Positions 53,752 to 62,218 of a stretch of DNA of 64,000 nucleotides are shown one piece after another. This stretch comes from Vulcanimicrobiota bacterium (lineage in GTDB: Bacteria > Vulcanimicrobiota > Vulcanimicrobiia > Vulcanimicrobiales > Vulcanimicrobiaceae), in contig PMHJ01000024.1 in assembly GCA_003158175.1 (NCBI GenBank), forward strand, positions 15,316 through 79,315, read 5' to 3'. A program made the position numbers and the translations under genes. Within the stretch, counting starts at the first letter, position 1. Every line of letters starts with the position of its first letter. A model generated the notes under the pieces. That model did not search any database. It saw only the letters and a list, made by a program, of their open reading frames with translations, and had not been told where the DNA came from.

Positions 53752-53850
53752 TTTTTGCGTTCTTCCCTCTTGTAGTAGCTTCGAAATTGCACACCTGTGT
53801 TCGGTGCGCTATATCGGCCTTACGAAATACCGGGAATGCGACCTTTTGAT

Positions 53851-53896
53851 GATCGTTGACGAATGCAAGCGCCACGATACTTTCGCATCAACGATC
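53851..53896. promoter_or_regulatory. Inverted repeat (candidate operator) in the AT-rich divergent control region
   Basis: GATCGTTGA at 53851-53859 and TCAACGATC at 53888-53896, 28 bp apart. The extended arms are nearly complementary. Confidence 0.35.
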
Positions 53897-53999
53897 TTCA
53901 ATAAGCTCAAGTAATCTCAAATTAAAAAGCCGTCGCACGCTTTTCGCGTTTTGGAGTTTCCTGAAGACGGCGAGATAAAAGCTGCGTATTCTGTTAACC

Positions 54000-55430
54000 A
54001 TGGCGGTATCGCCGATGGAGCGACAAGTACTGCGGCTGTTACACCGCGTCAGGAAACCCGACGCGCTGGCGGCTACGCCGTTGATGGCTTCGGTCTGCCT
54101 GCAAACCGGAATGGCGAATCCGGTCGGTGCGCTCGAGCGAATCGTCAAAGCCGCGCTCGCCGGGGACGACGAACGGACGGAGAAGCTACGCAGCGCGATC
54201 TTCGACGCGGATTTTAGGCGGGCCACGAGCAACGCGGAGCTGGCGCGACTCAGCGGCGTCTCTCGGCGTCATTTTCAGCGCCGGCGGGCCGAGGCCGTTG
54301 CTTCTATCGCTCAGTACGCAGGTGGACTGCTGAAATCGTGCCGCGAGAGCCGCTCGTCGCGCAACGATCGTTCGTGGCGTTTCCGACGAGAGGTTGCCGC
54401 ATTTCTCGACGCTCGCGACCGCGGCAACGCCCTCGAGATGCGCTGCGTTTCTAATAATCTCGTCCGTTTGGCGGAGGATGCCGAGGCCACAACACTCGCC
54501 AGGTCGTTCCTGCGCGACGCGAATCTGCGCCTCGGCATAACGGAAGCGGGATTCGAGCCTCACGAGAGCCCGTTGCCGCAAACGCTTTCATCTCGTTCCT
54601 GGGTCGGGATCGCAAAAGAAGTCGAGCGTGCGCGTCAACTCGTGCTCCGAGATGGGATGGCGCAGGCCGAAACGTTGGCGTCGTCGGCCTGGAAACGTTC
54701 CGAGCTGCGCGGTTTCCAAGGCTTGGCTGCACGCGCGGCCGCCGTCCTCTCTGCGACGGCGTTGGCTCGCGGCGGGTTCGCGGAAGCGCGATCTTGGCGG
54801 GCGCGGGCGATCGAGCGTCTTCTCCCGACCCAAGATCGCCTTTTGGCCGTCGGCCTCTTTCTTTACTCGGCGTACGACGAGCGACGCTGCATGGACCGCG
54901 CGCTGGGCGACGTGCTCTACGAGCGACTGTGCCTGATCGTGCCGCAAATGCTCGGCGATGGCGAACGGCAGCGCGCCGCCGTCACCGCCTTGGTCGCCGC
55001 GCTTTTTGATGCGCGGGTCTTGCCGAGCGCGATTGCGCCGGTTGCGCAAAGCGATTCGGCCTTCGCGCATTACGCCGAGAAAAACGCGGAACGCATCGCC
55101 GAGATGCTCGCTCTGGCGCTGATGGCGTTGACCGGAGTCTCCTGGGACGCAGCCTTCGACGGTCTGCGAATAACGCTGGCGGATTGCGCGTCGAAGCTCC
55201 GACCGGCGGCCCCGCGAACGATCTCAATTACGGTACCTAAGTCACAATCGGCCGCCATCGATCATTTGAAGTTTGATGATCAACGCTCAGGCAGGGTCGA
55301 AGATCTCGCCGGTCTACACATTCGGCTCCTTCCGCTTCGATCCGACACGGGGGCTGCTCACACACGGCGCCGCCGTGACCCCGTTACCGGACCGCCTGGC
55401 GCAGTTGCTAGTTCTGCTCATTCACGCTAA
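54000..55430 (+). CDS. Hypothetical protein, possibly regulatory (helical)
   Basis: 476-aa ORF. The N-terminal ELARLSGVSRRHFQRRRAEA looks HTH-like, and the rest is helical and Ala/Leu-rich. The last ~50 codons overlap the next gene and look like low-complexity read-through. Confidence 0.5.
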   Translation: MAVSPMERQVLRLLHRVRKPDALAATPLMASVCLQTGMANPVGALERIVKAALAGDDERTEKLRSAIFDADFRRATSNAELARLSGVSRRHFQRRRAEAVASIAQYAGGLLKSCRESRSSRNDRSWRFRREVAAFLDARDRGNALEMRCVSNNLVRLAEDAEATTLARSFLRDANLRLGITEAGFEPHESPLPQTLSSRSWVGIAKEVERARQLVLRDGMAQAETLASSAWKRSELRGFQGLAARAAAVLSATALARGGFAEARSWRARAIERLLPTQDRLLAVGLFLYSAYDERRCMDRALGDVLYERLCLIVPQMLGDGERQRAAVTALVAALFDARVLPSAIAPVAQSDSAFAHYAEKNAERIAEMLALALMALTGVSWDAAFDGLRITLADCASKLRPAAPRTISITVPKSQSAAIDHLKFDDQRSGRVEDLAGLHIRLLPLRSDTGAAHTRRRRDPVTGPPGAVASSAHSR

Positions 55431-56682
55431 CGGCGACGTCATCGACAAGGAGACGATTGCGACGCAAATTTGGCCGGATACCGTCGTTAGCGATGGAAAT
55501 CTCTCGCAACATATGTACATGCTGCGGCAGCTGCTCGACGAACGCGCGACCGACCGCTCCTACCTCATGACCGTGCGCGGGAAAGGGTATCGCTTCGTCG
55601 CACCTGTTAGTATCGTGGCACCGATACTCGCCGAGACGGCGCTGCATGCAGCCGAGGATTCCGCAGATCGCCTCTTCAACGGCGCTCCCGAAGCGTTCCA
55701 TCACTACTGCCGCGGCTCGTATCTCCTGGAAAAGCGGACGGCGAGCGCGCTGACGGCAGCGGCCGAGCAGTTCGAAGCGGTCCTGCGCGTCCACCGAGAT
55801 CACGTGCCGGCGCTCATTGGGCTTTCTCGTGCGCACGCGCTCATGGCCCAATATTGGTACGCTAGCGGCTCGTATACGTTTCCGAAAGCCAAAGCCGCGA
55901 TCGTTCGAGCGCTCGAGCTCGATCCGTCCTCCGCGGAAGCCCGGGCCACGCTCGCGCTAATCCTGCTTTTTTGCGATTGGAACTGGATCGAGGCCGAACG
56001 CGAAATCGATACGGCCGTTCGTCTGAACCCGACGTCCACGTTGGTCTACATGAACGCCGCATGGTTTAACATGTGCAAGGGTTCCGGCGACAAACCCGTG
56101 CGCGAGATGCAGCGCGCCCTGCTCGTCGAGCCGTCGTCGCCCGCCCTGCAGCTTTTTCTCGCCAGAATATTCCTTCACACCGGTCAGTACCGGCGCGCAA
56201 TCGGCGCGTTCTCCAACTTGCTCGAAAGCGGAACGGATTTCGCGATCGCGCGCCGTCACCGGGCTCAAGCCTTCATCCTCAACGGGCAGCCGGCCGAAGC
56301 GATCGCGGATTTGGCCCTCTTGCCGCACGATCGTGCCGAAGACGTCGCGCTGCGCCTGCCGCTGCTCGGACGCGCGTACGCCGAGTGCGGCGACACCGAG
56401 CGCGCCGAAAGCATCTACCAGACGCTGCAGGAGATGGCGCGTACCGAGTTTGTCGTGGGTTTCAATCTCGCGACGGTCGCCGTCGGGCTTGGAAAACTCG
56501 AAGAAGCGTTGGAGCATCTCGAGCGCGCTCTGAAGGTGCGCGAGCCGGCGCTCCTGATGCTGCGCAGCATGCCTTGGTTTGAGCCGATCGCGCAGCGCTC
56601 GCGATTCAAAGCGATACTGCGCGCGATTTGGCCTACTCTCGAACCGGAACCGGATAGACGGCGGGGCTGCGCAGCCCGTTAG
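55273..56682 (+). CDS. Winged-helix (OmpR/CadC-type trans_reg_C) DNA-binding protein with C-terminal TPR repeats
   Basis: FGSFRFDPTRGLL..G..V.L..RLAQLLVLLI...VRGKGYRFVAP, followed by multiple TPR-like repeats. Confidence 0.8.
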   Translation: MMINAQAGSKISPVYTFGSFRFDPTRGLLTHGAAVTPLPDRLAQLLVLLIHANGDVIDKETIATQIWPDTVVSDGNLSQHMYMLRQLLDERATDRSYLMTVRGKGYRFVAPVSIVAPILAETALHAAEDSADRLFNGAPEAFHHYCRGSYLLEKRTASALTAAAEQFEAVLRVHRDHVPALIGLSRAHALMAQYWYASGSYTFPKAKAAIVRALELDPSSAEARATLALILLFCDWNWIEAEREIDTAVRLNPTSTLVYMNAAWFNMCKGSGDKPVREMQRALLVEPSSPALQLFLARIFLHTGQYRRAIGAFSNLLESGTDFAIARRHRAQAFILNGQPAEAIADLALLPHDRAEDVALRLPLLGRAYAECGDTERAESIYQTLQEMARTEFVVGFNLATVAVGLGKLEEALEHLERALKVREPALLMLRSMPWFEPIAQRSRFKAILRAIWPTLEPEPDRRRGCAAR

Positions 56683-57997
56683 CATCGACGCTGCGCACTC
56701 CTAGAATATAATCGTCTTTGGATATGGGGACCGTTGCTTCGACGACGTCGCCGGCGTTGTGAGCCCCTTGCCATTGCGGCGCATCGGTGGATCGCCAGAC
56801 GATCTCGTAGGACACCGCGTCGGCTGCGGGCTTCCAACGCAGCGTCGACTCGTATCCGAGCCGCGCGGTCACTAGGCGGACGTCGCGCGGCGCTGCGGGC
56901 CCCATTGCCAGCGTGGCCAGCGCGGAAATGTTCGCTTGTGTCGCGCGTTTCAAGTATTCCGGATCGATGTATTGCGGCAGGTCGCCGTACTGCACTCCGT
57001 CTTGCATTCGGACGTCTTGATGCTGGTGGGTGAAGTTCTCATGCGGTTCGACAAAACGCACGGCGGCGGAGTACCCCACGGATTGGAACGACTGCTGATC
57101 GCCACCGCGCAGGAAGCGGTCGGAGCGAAAGATTTGGCGCACCGTAAAGTTTGGAACGTAGACCGGGACGATCTCGGCGATGAAGCGGGAGAGTTCGCGC
57201 GACGGCGAGTCGTTCTCGCTGCCCACGAGGTTGACTCGCTCTATCTCGGTTCCGGCCGGCAGCGCTTCGCTGAAGACGCGAATCACGCCGGGCTCGGAGC
57301 TCCCGTCACCGCCGACGGAGTTTGCGATGATGTCGTTATTGAGCACCGCCAGCACCGGCGCGTGCGCAGCCGCCAGCTCGTGCGCGTAATGGTTGCTGCC
57401 CCAGAGGCCCAGCTCTTCCCCGTCAAAACACGCAAAGACGATCGTGCCGCGAAAGTGCGTACCGGCCATCACACGTGCCGCTTCCAAGACCGCGGCGACG
57501 CTCGAGCCGTTGTCGTCGGCGCCCGGCGCGATGCCTATGCCGTCCGTGCAATGCCCGTCGCAGTCGTCGTAGTGGCTGGACATGATGTAGATGCGTCCCG
57601 GGGTCGTGCCCCGCAGCGTTGCGATCACGCTCGATTCGGTAACGGCGCGTGGGGTTCTCGGCGTTTTTGGTTGGAGGAACGTGTCGAGCTCGACGCTCAT
57701 GCGCCCCGGCGCCGTCGCGGCGATGGCGGCGAACCGGGCGGCGATCCAATCCCGCGCGCCGAAGACGCCGCGCTCTGGGGTCGAGGCTGTTTCGGAGAAA
57801 TCGTTGCGCGTTTTGAACGCGACGAGACGTTCGACCGTACTCTTCAATCGATCCACTCGTACCGCGCCGACCATCGTGGCGATCGGTCCGTAGACCGGCG
57901 GCTGCGGCATCGGTTCGCTACCTGCCGCTGCGAGAAGAAGCAGCGCGCCAAGGATCGAGGCTCGCCGGCGGAAATTACCTATGTGTGACGGACTCAT
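56633..57997 (-). CDS. Secreted M28-family aminopeptidase with a C-terminal FN3-like domain
   Basis: Signal peptide MSPSHIGNFRRRASILGALLLLAAAG. GADDNGSSVAAVLEAARV and FACFDGEELGLWGS are M28 metal ligand contexts. Confidence 0.82.
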   Translation of the reverse strand: MSPSHIGNFRRRASILGALLLLAAAGSEPMPQPPVYGPIATMVGAVRVDRLKSTVERLVAFKTRNDFSETASTPERGVFGARDWIAARFAAIAATAPGRMSVELDTFLQPKTPRTPRAVTESSVIATLRGTTPGRIYIMSSHYDDCDGHCTDGIGIAPGADDNGSSVAAVLEAARVMAGTHFRGTIVFACFDGEELGLWGSNHYAHELAAAHAPVLAVLNNDIIANSVGGDGSSEPGVIRVFSEALPAGTEIERVNLVGSENDSPSRELSRFIAEIVPVYVPNFTVRQIFRSDRFLRGGDQQSFQSVGYSAAVRFVEPHENFTHQHQDVRMQDGVQYGDLPQYIDPEYLKRATQANISALATLAMGPAAPRDVRLVTARLGYESTLRWKPAADAVSYEIVWRSTDAPQWQGAHNAGDVVEATVPISKDDYILGVRSVDANGLRSPAVYPVPVRE

Positions 57998-58293
57998 CGC
58001 GCAACCTTCCGGCCGTCTACGTCCTGGCCTGCAGCGATGGGTCGCTCTATACCGGAGCGACGGTCGACCTTGGGCGCCGTCTCGGCTCGCACCACCGCGG
58101 TACGGCCGCGAAATACACTCGCGGACGTCTGCCGGTCGCGCTTGTCGGATGGTGGCATCCCCCAACGTTCGCGCTTGCGAAATCGCACGAGGCGCGCTTC
58201 AAGCGCTTGCGACGCGCGGCGAAGCTGGCTGCGCTGCGCAGCGGCCTCGTCTATGGCTGCGTCGTTCATCGTCAGACTTCAAGCCAATCGTGA
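57985..58293 (+). CDS. GIY-YIG nuclease-family protein (UPF0213/YhbQ-like)
   Basis: VYVLACSDGSLYTGATVDLGRRLGSHHRGTAAKYTR. 102 aa. GTG 57985. Confidence 0.8.
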   Translation: MTDSSRNLPAVYVLACSDGSLYTGATVDLGRRLGSHHRGTAAKYTRGRLPVALVGWWHPPTFALAKSHEARFKRLRRAAKLAALRSGLVYGCVVHRQTSSQS

Positions 58294-59148
58294 GACGGAG
58301 GCATAGACGGCACGCGTCACCGCGTGGATCGCGGCGTAGGAAGCGGCGTAGTCGTACGCGTCCTTCGTCATTACCGCGAGGATGAACGGTGAGTCGCCGA
58401 ACGGGGCCACGACCGCGATGTCGTTGCGCGTTCCCTCGATCTCGCCGGTCTTGTTTGCAACCGGGACGTGCGGCGGCAGCGCCGCCGGGATGGCGTCGCG
58501 GTCCGTCTGACGTAGCATGATGTCGAGCATCGCTACGCAGTGTCGGGACGAAACGATGGTGGCAACTCCTTCGCGCGCACCGTGCTCGATCAGATAGAGG
58601 AGCCGGCCCATGTCGGCGGGCGTCGAGAGATTGTCGTTGTGATGCGCGATCGCAGTGTAGTCGAGAAAGCGGCGCGCGAGGTGCGTCCGCCTCATGCCCG
58701 CGCGGGCGCCGACTTCGTTGATCCTAGCGACGCCGAAATGTCCGATTAAGAGATTGGCCGCGGTGTTATCGCTCACCGTAATCATCGGAACGATCAGCTC
58801 GCGCACCGTGAAGCGCTGGCCGTTTCGCGCGTTCGCCATGAAATCCGAACCGCCGATGAGGTCGTCGCTGTCGAAGACGATCTTCTCGTTGAGGACTCCG
58901 GGCCGGGTTTCGTCGAGTGCATAGGCTGTCGTCATGATCAGTACCTTGATGATCGATGCCGTAGGGAATCGCTCGGAAGCGTTGTAGGCGGCCAGCGGCG
59001 GCCCCTCACCCAACGTGCGGGCGTAGACGCCGAGCACGCCCGGCAGCGCTCGCGCGACCGAGCTGATACGTCCGCTCAACGATGCCGCAACGGCCGGCAC
59101 GCCGACCAGCGCGGCGCCGGCGCAGCTCAGGAATGCAGCCCGCTTCAG
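58279..59148 (-). CDS. Class-A beta-lactamase-like serine hydrolase (secreted)
   Basis: SxxK (TASIIK), SDN (VSDNTAANL) and KTG (NKTGE). The start is either CTG 59148, overlapping the upstream stop as CTGA and giving MKRAAFLSCAGAALVG..., or ATG 59211. The rest of ORF 58279..59865 is an out-of-frame shadow of the permease gene. Confidence 0.8.
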   Translation of the reverse strand: MKRAAFLSCAGAALVGVPAVAASLSGRISSVARALPGVLGVYARTLGEGPPLAAYNASERFPTASIIKVLIMTTAYALDETRPGVLNEKIVFDSDDLIGGSDFMANARNGQRFTVRELIVPMITVSDNTAANLLIGHFGVARINEVGARAGMRRTHLARRFLDYTAIAHHNDNLSTPADMGRLLYLIEHGAREGVATIVSSRHCVAMLDIMLRQTDRDAIPAALPPHVPVANKTGEIEGTRNDIAVVAPFGDSPFILAVMTKDAYDYAASYAAIHAVTRAVYASVSRLA

Positions 59149-59939
59149 GAGCCGGTTCCCTGATAGTGGCGCAAGCCGAAGATCCAAAACGCGTACGCGG
59201 CGCCCAGCCATGCGAGCCCGATCGCCGGGGTGAGCAAACCGACGGCCGGATTGAGGTGCAGACCCGTTTCGGCCTTTTGCAGGAAGTACGTCGCCGGAAA
59301 GTAGTTCATGAACGCAAATGGCAGCACGAAGGCGAGGACGATCTGCACGCCGCGCCCGTAGATGCTGATCGGATATCTCGTGAAGTCTTGTTCGAGCGAC
59401 ATCACGACCCAGCGCAGCGTATCCACGCGAACGAACCAAAACGAGCAGGTCGCAATCGCCAATGAGATGCCCAAATCGATGAGCGCTCCGCCGAAGACGA
59501 TCGCCGGCACGAAGAGCGCGAAGACCCAGTCCGGGCGCACGCCCGCGACATGCGTGGCGACCGCGAGCGTGGCGATTCCGAGAATCAATCCGTCGGGAAC
59601 GATCTGCTGGGGGACGGTTAGCACCTGAAAGAGCGTGTCGAGCGGTCGCACCAAGAAGCGGTCGAAACGCCCCTCGCGAACGTATTCGGGAACGCTCACG
59701 ACCGTGAAAAACAGCGTGTTGTGCAGTTCGTGGCCGCACATCCAGAGCGCGTACAAGAAGAAGACATCCCGGAAGTTCCAGCCGTTCATCGATGGAAAGC
59801 GTTCCATCGTTACGAAGAGCGCTCCGAGCGCAACCCCGTGATAGACGATCGTAAAGACGAACCACATGATGAAGTTCGCGCGGTATTCGAGCATCGTGAG
59901 GAGGTTGATCCGCCAGTATTGCGCGTAGGCGCCGAGCAT
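59145..59939 (-). CDS. ABC-2 family transporter permease (DUF990-like)
   Basis: MLGAYAQYWRINLLTMLEYRANFIMWFVFTIVYHG... with six TM-like segments. ATG 59939. Confidence 0.8.
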   Translation of the reverse strand: MLGAYAQYWRINLLTMLEYRANFIMWFVFTIVYHGVALGALFVTMERFPSMNGWNFRDVFFLYALWMCGHELHNTLFFTVVSVPEYVREGRFDRFLVRPLDTLFQVLTVPQQIVPDGLILGIATLAVATHVAGVRPDWVFALFVPAIVFGGALIDLGISLAIATCSFWFVRVDTLRWVVMSLEQDFTRYPISIYGRGVQIVLAFVLPFAFMNYFPATYFLQKAETGLHLNPAVGLLTPAIGLAWLGAAYAFWIFGLRHYQGTGS

Positions 59940-59994
59940 GGCTGGGCGCTTCGGTGCAACCCTCCGTTGCCCCGCCCCGGTCAGAGATGACGCT

Positions 59995-60726
59995 ATGACT
60001 ACCGCGACCTCACGCTCGCCCGTTTCTGCCGTCGTGCCCGCCACCGGGCGCGCGCACGCAGATCACGGCTGGCTCGATACCTATTACTCGTTTAGCTTTG
60101 CCGATTATTACGATCCGGCAAACGAGAACTGGGGCGCCTTACGCGTCTTCAACGACGACACGGTGGCGGGCGGCACCGGCTTCCCGCCGCATCCGCATCG
60201 CGACATGGAGATCGTGACCTACGTGCTCTCCGGCGAGCTGGCGCATCGCGACAGCATGGGCAATCACGGCGTCGTCGGGCCCGGCGGCGTGCAATTCATG
60301 AGCGCCGGCACGGGCGTCACCCACAGCGAGTACAACAATAAGGCCGACGAGCCGCTGCATCTCGTGCAGATGTGGGTACTGCCCGGCCGCTTGGGAATGC
60401 CGCCGTCTTACGGAGAGATGGCGTTCGAGAAGGCCGACCGGCTTAACCGATGGCTCGACATCGTCAGCGGAGACCCCGCCGTCAACGCGCCGATTCGCAT
60501 CACGCAGAATGCCACGTTTCGCGTCGCGCGCCTCGAGGATACGACGATCGAGACGCAGTTCGCACCGGACCGATATGGGTTCCTTTTCGTCGCCGATGGC
60601 AGCGCCGAAGCGAACGGCGAACGCCTGAATGGCGGGGACGCCGTGCGCTTCTACGACGTTCGCACGTTACGCGTCAGCGGTAACGCCGAGCTCGTGATGT
60701 GGGATTTACCGGGGCTGACGCCATGA
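59995..60726 (+). CDS. Pirin-family protein
   Basis: GFPPHPHRDMEIVTYVLSGELAHRDSMGN...MSAGTGVTHSE cupin motifs. ATG 59995. Confidence 0.88.
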   Translation: MTTATSRSPVSAVVPATGRAHADHGWLDTYYSFSFADYYDPANENWGALRVFNDDTVAGGTGFPPHPHRDMEIVTYVLSGELAHRDSMGNHGVVGPGGVQFMSAGTGVTHSEYNNKADEPLHLVQMWVLPGRLGMPPSYGEMAFEKADRLNRWLDIVSGDPAVNAPIRITQNATFRVARLEDTTIETQFAPDRYGFLFVADGSAEANGERLNGGDAVRFYDVRTLRVSGNAELVMWDLPGLTP

Positions 60727-60989
60727 ACGCCGAGCTCTGCGACCATATCGGAGAAGCGGGCCATCCGGCACCGCGAACGCCGCAAGGCTGCGAAGAGTGC
60801 CTAAAGATCGGTGCTACGTGGGTGCACTTGCGGCTCTGCTTAACCTGCGGTCAGGTCGGCTGCTGCGATTCGTCGCCCAACACGCACGCCACCAAACATT
60901 TTCACGCCACGAGCCATCCCGTTATCCAATCGTTTCAGCCCGGCGAACATTGGCGGTGGTGCTACGTTGACGAGATCCTAGCGCAATAG
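60723..60989 (+). CDS. UBP-type zinc-finger domain protein
   Basis: CEECLKIGATWVHLRLCLTCGQVGCCDSSPNTHATKHFHATSHP. ATGA overlap with the pirin gene. Confidence 0.8.
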   Translation: MNAELCDHIGEAGHPAPRTPQGCEECLKIGATWVHLRLCLTCGQVGCCDSSPNTHATKHFHATSHPVIQSFQPGEHWRWCYVDEILAQ

Positions 60990-61397
60990 GCGAAGCTCAC
61001 ACACTGACATCTTTCCGGGCACCGTGGTTCGCCACTGGCCGTTCCAGGTGCCGGCGTTCGCCTTGGCGACCTCTGGGCATTTCTTCTGCGCATCCGACTG
61101 GTTCCAGATAGGCCCCGCTTCGATCACTTCGACGACATATCTGTCCCTCGAAGGCGGCAGGCCCAGCTCGCAAACGGACATCCTGCCGGGTACCGTGGTC
61201 CGCCACTGGCCATTCCAAGTGCCGCCGTTCGCCTTGGCGACTTCAGAGCATTTCCGCTGCGCATCCGCCTGGTTCCAGATAGGCCCCGCTTCGACGGAGA
61301 TCGTCCTGGTCTGCGCCCGGGCAGTGGAAGGCACGGCGAGACAAAGCATTGCCGCGCCGGCAGCGAGGTTGAGGGCAATAAAACGATTGGTCTGCAT
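60978..61397 (-). CDS. Secreted tandem-repeat mannan-binding lectin (MVL-like)
   Basis: Signal peptide plus two 57-aa repeats AGPIWNQ(A/S)DAQ(R/K)KC.EVAKAN.GTWNGQWRTTVPG(R/K)MSVCEL. This resembles the AGPLWSN.EAQ...GQW.TVV...MSV repeat of the Microcystis viridis lectin. Confidence 0.75.
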   Translation of the reverse strand: MQTNRFIALNLAAGAAMLCLAVPSTARAQTRTISVEAGPIWNQADAQRKCSEVAKANGGTWNGQWRTTVPGRMSVCELGLPPSRDRYVVEVIEAGPIWNQSDAQKKCPEVAKANAGTWNGQWRTTVPGKMSVCELRLLR

Positions 61398-61418
61398 TGG
61401 ATATCTCCTGTCGACGTG

Positions 61419-62216
61419 TTATCCACCTTGAATCACTACGCGGTTTGAAGCGGCGCGCCAAACCACCGAGGCCAGCGCCGCGAACAGCACGAGCCATAGC
61501 ATCTGCACCGCGATGCTGATCGCCCATCGAGCGGGCGGAATGACGCCGACGTAGATCAGCAGCGGTGTGGAATAAATCGCGGCGAACGGCAGCGCAAAGA
61601 CGAGGCGGCCAAAGATCCCCGGAAAAAACAACAACGGGATGATCTGGCCCGAGAGCAGGTCGGAGGCCCAGCGCACGATTAACTGCGCGGCGAAGGTCTC
61701 GAGCGTCCAGAATGCGATGCAGTTCATCAGAAAATTGAGAAAGAAGTTGACTCCGTAACCGATCAGAAAGGCCAGAAGAAATACCGCGAACGTTGCGGGC
61801 GATGGCACGTCGATGCGCACGAGCAGCAGCGCGCAGAGCAGCGACGGAACGACGAGCAGCGCGTGGAGCGCCGTTTGCCCGAGTCCGTCGCTAAAAAAGT
61901 AGAACGGCACGCTAATCGGCTTCATTAAGTCGGTGGCGATCGTCCCCTCACGGAGTTTTTCGCGAATGAGGCGTGTTGCATCCACTTCGAGGATCAGCGA
62001 CATCAGCATGGCCACCGTTGCATACGTGATCATGCTGTGCAGGGGAAGACCGACCGGCGCAACGTTCTGCGCGTAGAGCGCGGTCCAGAGCGAGCGCAGG
62101 ATATAGACTCGCAAGACCAGCGAGCCGATCTCGGTGAGAACCTCGATTCGATAGGTGGCCTCTCGTGCGAACGCCTTCTTCGCAAACGCGACGTACGGGG
62201 CGAGCGCGGCTTCCAG
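61419..62216 (-). CDS. ABC-2 family transporter permease (DUF990-like); the N-terminus extends to CTG 62216
   Basis: The ORF track starts at TTG 62114. The 34 in-frame codons upstream read (L)EAALAPYVAFAKKAFAREATYRIEVLTEIGSLV, clearly part of the protein, and contain no ATG, GTG or TTG. Confidence 0.8.
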   Translation of the reverse strand: MEAALAPYVAFAKKAFAREATYRIEVLTEIGSLVLRVYILRSLWTALYAQNVAPVGLPLHSMITYATVAMLMSLILEVDATRLIREKLREGTIATDLMKPISVPFYFFSDGLGQTALHALLVVPSLLCALLLVRIDVPSPATFAVFLLAFLIGYGVNFFLNFLMNCIAFWTLETFAAQLIVRWASDLLSGQIIPLLFFPGIFGRLVFALPFAAIYSTPLLIYVGVIPPARWAISIAVQMLWLVLFAALASVVWRAASNRVVIQGG

Positions 62217-62218
62217 AG

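Noticed and set aside
59146-59211. Counting the beta-lactamase-like gene as a firm CTG-start case
   Set aside because: The CTGA overlap and the resulting MKRAAFLS... signal peptide are attractive. However, an in-frame ATG at 59211 (MAGRRVRVLDLRL...) is an available canonical alternative, so this case is ambiguous.
59149-59865. 528-aa ORF 58279..59865 as one protein
   Set aside because: Only the C-terminal ~290 aa are beta-lactamase-like. The remainder overlaps the ABC-2 permease gene in another frame and is Arg-rich.
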